64,000 nucleotides of DNA, taken from positions 448,001 to 512,000 of the forward strand of contig CAVYNH010000006.1 in assembly GCA_963769885.1 (NCBI GenBank). Reading direction: 5' to 3'. This stretch comes from Methanobacteriota archaeon (GTDB taxonomy: Archaea; Thermoplasmatota; E2; DHVEG-1). Shown piece by piece: positions 59,380-64,000 of the stretch (position 1 is its first letter; every line of letters starts with the position of its first letter). Made by a program: the position numbers and the translations under genes. The notes below the pieces were generated by a model, which saw only the letters and a list, made by a program, of their open reading frames with translations, had not been told where the DNA came from and searched no databases.

Positions 59380-60993
59380 TTATTTACGGTCTTCGTCTGA
59401 TTCTTCCTTGATTTCTGTTTTGATGTATTTGTACATCTCGCGTGGGTGGAGGATGTTAAGGAAGAACCTAAGGTCTTTTTTGGTGAATTCGCGCATAAGG
59501 GAGAGGATTCCGAGGTAGAGGAGGAGGCCGACGGCGGCGACGAGGAGAACGGTGTACCAGCGGTTGATGAGGACAAGGGTGCTGACGGCGTAGAGCGCGA
59601 GGCCCATGAGGGCTCCGGCGAGGATGTGCAGGAATGTTTTGAGTGGGATTATTGTTGAGTGGACGAGTCGTTTTGCAGAGATTTTTAGGAGCACGAGTCC
59701 GACGAAGATTGCGGTGCTGGAGGCAATGGCGGCGCCAGTGGGGCCGTTGATGCCGAGGGGGGCGAGCAGTCCCTGTTGTGGGACGAAGAGGAAGTCGAGG
59801 ATGATGTTGATGAGGCAGATGATGAGCCCGTTTTTCGCCGCGACCTTCGGCTTGTTTACTCCTGTGATAAGGGAAGTATGGAGGGCCATGTAGGTGTAGA
59901 TGAAGGTGTAGATGGAGAGGGTGATGAGGACGCTTATCGCTGGGTAGAAGGAGCTGTTGAGCATGATGCTGATGATTGGTTTGGCGAAGACGATGATGAC
60001 GACGATGACTGGGATCATGATCATGCTGATATATCGTTCCGCCATTGCAAGGGTCTCGCGTATTTTCCCGTAGTCAGCGGTTGAGTGGAATTGTGAGAAG
60101 GCGGGGAAGAGGACGAAGGTCATGGCGGCGGAGATGATGAGGAGGATTTGGATGATTTGCTGGACGGAGAAGTAATAGCCGACCTCGACGGAGGTCCAGA
60201 AGAATCCGATGACGATTCGGTCCAAGTTCGCGGAGAGGATTAGGAGCACTGAGATGAGGAGGGTCGGGAGGGCGAAGCTGAAGTAGTTTTTTGCCAGTGC
60301 CATGCTCGGTCGTTTCACTGGGCATTTTCTGAGGAACCAGAATCCAATGATCGCTGAGGCAATCATGCCGAAGACATAGGCCATGGCCTGGGATCCGACG
60401 GCGTGGGTTGCGATGAATTGCTGCAGTGGTGTGAGTGTCTCGGGCCAGATGATGAGCGGGGCGATGCCGGCGATGGTGACTCCTGCGAGTGCGACAAAGA
60501 TGGTGAGGGGGACTTTCACGATGTTCTCCGTGACGGCCGTGAGTTGTTGTTTCGCAATTTCGCCTTTTCCGTTAAAGGTCACCATGGTGATTTGTTGGAG
60601 GTTGTAGAAGAAGTAGTAGATGACAAAGACGTAGACGATGGATTCTGTGGTCGCGTCAGTGAAGCCGCCATGAAGGAGAGTTTTCCATAAGAAGATGCTA
60701 GTGAGGACAACAGCGACCATGAGCAGGTTGAGAAGTATTTTTATGGTGGCGAAGGTGCCGATGCAGGTGCTAAGGTCTTGGCCTTCGGAGATGCGTTTGA
60801 TGTGTGCCTGGGTGAAACCAAGGTCGCCGATGATGTTGAAGATGCTGACAAAAGCCATGGCGAACCCGATGATTCCGAGGGCTTCGGGGGCGAAACCGCC
60901 CCACAGCTTGGCGAGGATGAGGAGTCCGAACCATCCGAGGAACCGGGTGAAAAACTGTGCTCCGATAACGAGGAATGATTTTCTTGCCAGCAT
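59380..60993 (-). CDS. Oligosaccharide flippase (Wzx/MOP family)
   Basis: About 14 TM segments, DLGF, DRIVIG, VGYY, NIILD..P, GAAIAS. Confidence 0.88.
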   Translation of the reverse strand: MLARKSFLVIGAQFFTRFLGWFGLLILAKLWGGFAPEALGIIGFAMAFVSIFNIIGDLGFTQAHIKRISEGQDLSTCIGTFATIKILLNLLMVAVVLTSIFLWKTLLHGGFTDATTESIVYVFVIYYFFYNLQQITMVTFNGKGEIAKQQLTAVTENIVKVPLTIFVALAGVTIAGIAPLIIWPETLTPLQQFIATHAVGSQAMAYVFGMIASAIIGFWFLRKCPVKRPSMALAKNYFSFALPTLLISVLLILSANLDRIVIGFFWTSVEVGYYFSVQQIIQILLIISAAMTFVLFPAFSQFHSTADYGKIRETLAMAERYISMIMIPVIVVIIVFAKPIISIMLNSSFYPAISVLITLSIYTFIYTYMALHTSLITGVNKPKVAAKNGLIICLINIILDFLFVPQQGLLAPLGINGPTGAAIASSTAIFVGLVLLKISAKRLVHSTIIPLKTFLHILAGALMGLALYAVSTLVLINRWYTVLLVAAVGLLLYLGILSLMREFTKKDLRFFLNILHPREMYKYIKTEIKEESDEDRK

Positions 60994-61167
60994 GAGGTCA
61001 GGGGGAACATCATTCTTTGTCTTTTAAAGATGTATCCTTAGCACCCTCGGTTTTAAGAAAGGGAAAAAACCGTTCACCAAACTGCGGTGTCTGGGTTCAA
61101 CTCGCCATTGCAAATTGATTCAGGTCCATGGGAAGCAAAACAGGTTCAGGGAAATCACTGCTGCCGA

Positions 61168-61539
61168 CTACCCAATGACCTGAACGACATGCTCGTTCAG
61201 AATAAGGAACTCCACGAGCTCCTGCGTCTTCTTCAGGTTCTTGAGCAGATTAGAGTCGACCGTGTACTTAAAGCGTGACAGGATACGACTACCGGTCGGC
61301 CCCCAGCTCCCGATCTCTACGTACTGACCGTCCACATTCTTAATCCCCCCGAGAATCGTGAATGACTCGGTGACCATCCGATACGAACAAGACCCACATT
61401 CCATAACCGTACGATAGGGGACAAACGCGTTGTCCACATCATAAATCGGCTCAATCTGGATAATGGTCAGCTTCCCCTGGCATTGCGGGCAGCGCAGCCC
61501 AGGCGCCCCCGGCTCATGAACCATTTTCTCCTCCTGCAT
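61168..61539 (-). CDS. Hypothetical zinc-ribbon protein
   Basis: CPQC and CGSC motifs; GGAG RBS-like sequence upstream. Confidence 0.7.
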   Translation of the reverse strand: MQEEKMVHEPGAPGLRCPQCQGKLTIIQIEPIYDVDNAFVPYRTVMECGSCSYRMVTESFTILGGIKNVDGQYVEIGSWGPTGSRILSRFKYTVDSNLLKNLKKTQELVEFLILNEHVVQVIG

Positions 61540-61675
61540 GAGGCTCCCTTCCGAATACTTTCTCCACTCCGTATTATTACTCCGTTCCCCTATATAGAGT
61601 TTTGCACCCTTCCGCCACGATCCGGCACGGCCTTATTAACACCCACGAAGATAGCGGAATACGACGATGCCACAC

Positions 61676-62452
61676 ATGAAAATCATCACGTTTCTCACGG
61701 ACTTCGGCGACAAAGACGGGTACGTCGCCCAGATGAAAGGCGTCGCCAGCTGTCTGACCAACGCACGGCTCCTCGACATCACCCATGATGTTCCCGCGCA
61801 CCACGTGCGGCACGGCGCCTTCCTCCTCTGGACCGTCGCCGGATGGTTCCCCAAAGGAACCGTCCATGTCGCCGTGGTCGACCCTGGCGTCGGGACCCCC
61901 AGAAAACCCATCTTTGTCGTCGCCAAGAATTACGTTTTCATCGGCCCGGACAACGGCCTGCTCCTCCCCGCCTGTCACAACGAGTCCCCGTTCACCGTCT
62001 ATGAGATCACCGAACAGAATTTCCATATCCATGGCGGTCAAACGTTCCATGGGCGTGACATCTTCACCCCGGTCGCCGCGTACATCACCAACGGCGTCCC
62101 GTTCGAAAAACTCGGGAGGCCGACGACGTCTTACGTCGACCTCCGGTTTCCTATAGCAGAGCGGCATGAAGACGCAATCCACGGGATGATTCTCTATGTG
62201 GACCGTTTCGGCAACCTCATTACCAACATCAAGGGCCAGCTGCTTCCGGCCCGGGAAGGCAGAGTACGTATCTCATTCTCTGGCCATGAGGAGAGCCTGC
62301 CCGTTATGTCATCGTACGGTCATGTTGGCGTGGGGGAGCCGCTGCTCACGGTGGGCAGTAGCGGGTTCCTTGAGATCGCCGTGAACAAAGGGAATGCAGC
62401 GACCAGGTTCCAGGCACGTGAGGAGGATCCGGTCGCGATTCGGCTCGTCTAA
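61676..62452 (+). CDS. SAM hydroxide adenosyltransferase (DUF62, fluorinase/chlorinase family)
   Basis: FLTDFG, DITH, VVDPGVG, GPDNG, TFHGRDIF, DRFGN, LEIAVN. Confidence 0.92.
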   Translation: MKIITFLTDFGDKDGYVAQMKGVASCLTNARLLDITHDVPAHHVRHGAFLLWTVAGWFPKGTVHVAVVDPGVGTPRKPIFVVAKNYVFIGPDNGLLLPACHNESPFTVYEITEQNFHIHGGQTFHGRDIFTPVAAYITNGVPFEKLGRPTTSYVDLRFPIAERHEDAIHGMILYVDRFGNLITNIKGQLLPAREGRVRISFSGHEESLPVMSSYGHVGVGEPLLTVGSSGFLEIAVNKGNAATRFQAREEDPVAIRLV

Positions 62453-63001
62453 AATTCTCTCCTGGCTTTTGGGTCCAAGGTGGTATACTCGTTGTCTCCG
62501 ATGTAGTACAGCGGTTGTCGATGCTTGATGTTCAACAACTCGTTGGTGAACGAGTCATCGTCCGCGGTGATTGCGACCACCTCACCGATGAGAAGATCAT
62601 GGTCACCGATACGGACGGCCTGGTGGAGGGTACATTCGAGGTGGGCGTAGCCTTCGGCGAGGCTCGGGGTTTTCAGCTTCGGTACTCGGTTCGAAGGTGA
62701 GGCGGGTTTCCCGGGCCTTGTCTACGGTTCGCCCAGAGTGCGTTCCACAGTAGTCTGCCTGTTGAGCGAGTGAATAGGGGATGAAGTTGATGACGAACTC
62801 CTTGGTTTTGGTGATGCAGCCGTGGGAGTAGCGTCTGGGTGAGACGGAGATGCCGTAGAGTGGGGGGTTGCGGGAGATCGGGGTGTGCCAGGCAAGCGTG
62901 ATGATGTTGGTCTTGCCATGGTCGTCGTTGCTGGTGACGAGCACGGTCTGCATGGGGAAGGCGTAGTGGTGGTAGGATGCGAGGGGTCGTGGTGTTTTCA
63001 T
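62449..63001 (-). CDS. Flavin reductase family protein, 1-nt frameshift
   Basis: NIITLAW, PPL, EFVINF, CGTHSG..DK. Deleting one base at about 62681 gives AHLEC..GDHDLLIGEV, ending at 62449. Confidence 0.88.
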
Positions 63002-63234
63002 GAGGAGTGTTCCTCCGTGGTTTTTCGGATGGCGTCGAGGAGGCCGTGGGCGTAGTTGATGCAGCCGAAGGCGGTGAAGTAGTCGCGTTTGTTGTAGTAG
63101 TATTTGGTGTCTTCGTAGTATTGGCAGGCGAGGGTGAGGACGGCGGTCGTCGGTTCGGGGAGGCGGGGTGGGAGGGTTTTTTGGTTTTCTTCGAACATGG
63201 TGATGTCCGTGGCGACGCGGGTTTTTTGGTCCAT
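62998..63234 (-). CDS. DUF357 family protein
   Basis: YYEDTKYY..DYFTAFGCINYAHGLLDA. Confidence 0.85.
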   Translation of the reverse strand: MDQKTRVATDITMFEENQKTLPPRLPEPTTAVLTLACQYYEDTKYYYNKRDYFTAFGCINYAHGLLDAIRKTTEEHSS

Positions 63235-63418
63235 GGTCTCTTGCCTTGACTTCGGGTGAGCGTCTTGGGTGGCTTTAAATGTTGTTTTGTGTAGTTTTGT
63301 CGTTTTGTATCCGATATTTTGTTTCGTCGTCTGTGAGGCGACAAAAGTCGAAAGTTATTTAAAGCCGGGAGTCCACGGTTTTTTCATAGGTTCACGGTCT
63401 TAATTTGGATGTGGATGC

Positions 63419-63799
63419 ATGAGCCGTCGTGTTGGGACCCGGTTGTTGGAGGGCGCAGTGCAGGATCTCTTTGACTCGCGGGCGGAGGCGCGCATCTATC
63501 TGTTTCTGCTTCGTCATGAGGGGGCGCTGGGGGAGGAGGTGATCCGCGGGACGCGGCTTCATCCGAGTACGGTGCGGGAGCTGCTGTCGCGGATGTTTGC
63601 GCATCAGGTTATTGTGCGCCGGAAGCTGAAGACCGATTCGATCGGGAAGAACCCGTACCTGTATTTTGCGGTGTCGCCGGTGGTGTTGTTGCGGCGAAGG
63701 GCGAAGACGCTGGAGCAGCGGTTGAACCTGATTGCCTCGTACGGGAGCCGTCAGGAGACGGCGCATGTCCGTATCTGGGTCCGGGAGGAGGCGTCATGA
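63419..63799 (+). CDS. Winged-HTH (TrmB-like) transcriptional regulator
   Basis: EARIYLFLL, LHPSTVRELL, YLYFAVSP. Overlaps the next gene (ATGA). Confidence 0.75.
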   Translation: MSRRVGTRLLEGAVQDLFDSRAEARIYLFLLRHEGALGEEVIRGTRLHPSTVRELLSRMFAHQVIVRRKLKTDSIGKNPYLYFAVSPVVLLRRRAKTLEQRLNLIASYGSRQETAHVRIWVREEAS

Positions 63800-64000
63800 T
63801 CGCGCATCGGCTCGCCCAGGTCCTGGTACGCCGGCCGAAGACGGTCTTGCTGGTGTTTACCATTGTCACTGTTCTTGTCGGGCTGCAGATGCATAACGTC
63901 TACATGCAGTCGGAACTGACCACGTATCTGCCACGCGATTCCCCGATGATCGCGCAGTGGGCGGCGCTGAACCAGGAGTTCCAGATCGGCTCGACGATTA
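63796..64000 (+). CDS. MMPL/RND family transporter, 5' part
   Basis: MIAHRLAQVLVRRPKTVLLVFTIVTVLVG..TTYLPRDSP..NQEF. Runs off the window edge. Confidence 0.7.
   Translation, partial: MIAHRLAQVLVRRPKTVLLVFTIVTVLVGLQMHNVYMQSELTTYLPRDSPMIAQWAALNQEFQIGSTI

Noticed and set aside
1-64000. CRISPR array, rRNA, transposase, integrase or reverse transcriptase
   Set aside because: None seen. The ~300-bp repeat pair does not show adenine-specific variation and there is no RT, so a diversity-generating retroelement is not supported.

Overview
Archaeal chromosomal DNA. Archaeal markers are aEF-1beta, uS15, eL15, Pcc1, RaSEA, the IPK-Fni-GGPPS lipid operon, a methanogen-type SerRS and a PGF-CTERM protein. 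Gene content and the modular secreted proteins best fit a sediment Thermoplasmatota such as DHVEG-1/MBG-D (inference). The window holds about 60 CDS and one tRNA-Arg(CCT), covering translation, tRNA modification, isoprenoid lipid synthesis and glycan synthesis (including a WbpB/D/E-like set), plus a cluster of secreted peptidases and adhesins. Main observations: (1) a ~90-aa C-terminal domain shared by four unrelated secreted proteins, with one near-identical DNA copy grafted onto a low-GC passenger and one orphan relic, suggesting an undescribed sorting or anchoring module; (2) a thioester-domain-like adhesin on 11 stalk repeats; (3) a highly structured ~280-nt non-coding segment at 581-860; (4) strong strand-skew domains alternating every few kb; (5) five frameshifts, all next to GTAC, probably methylation-linked read errors; (6) a 135-bp MITE, a repeat-flanked toxin-antitoxin-like islet, a structured csp leader and a 27-aa small ORF. 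All calls come from motif recognition by eye; no searches were run.
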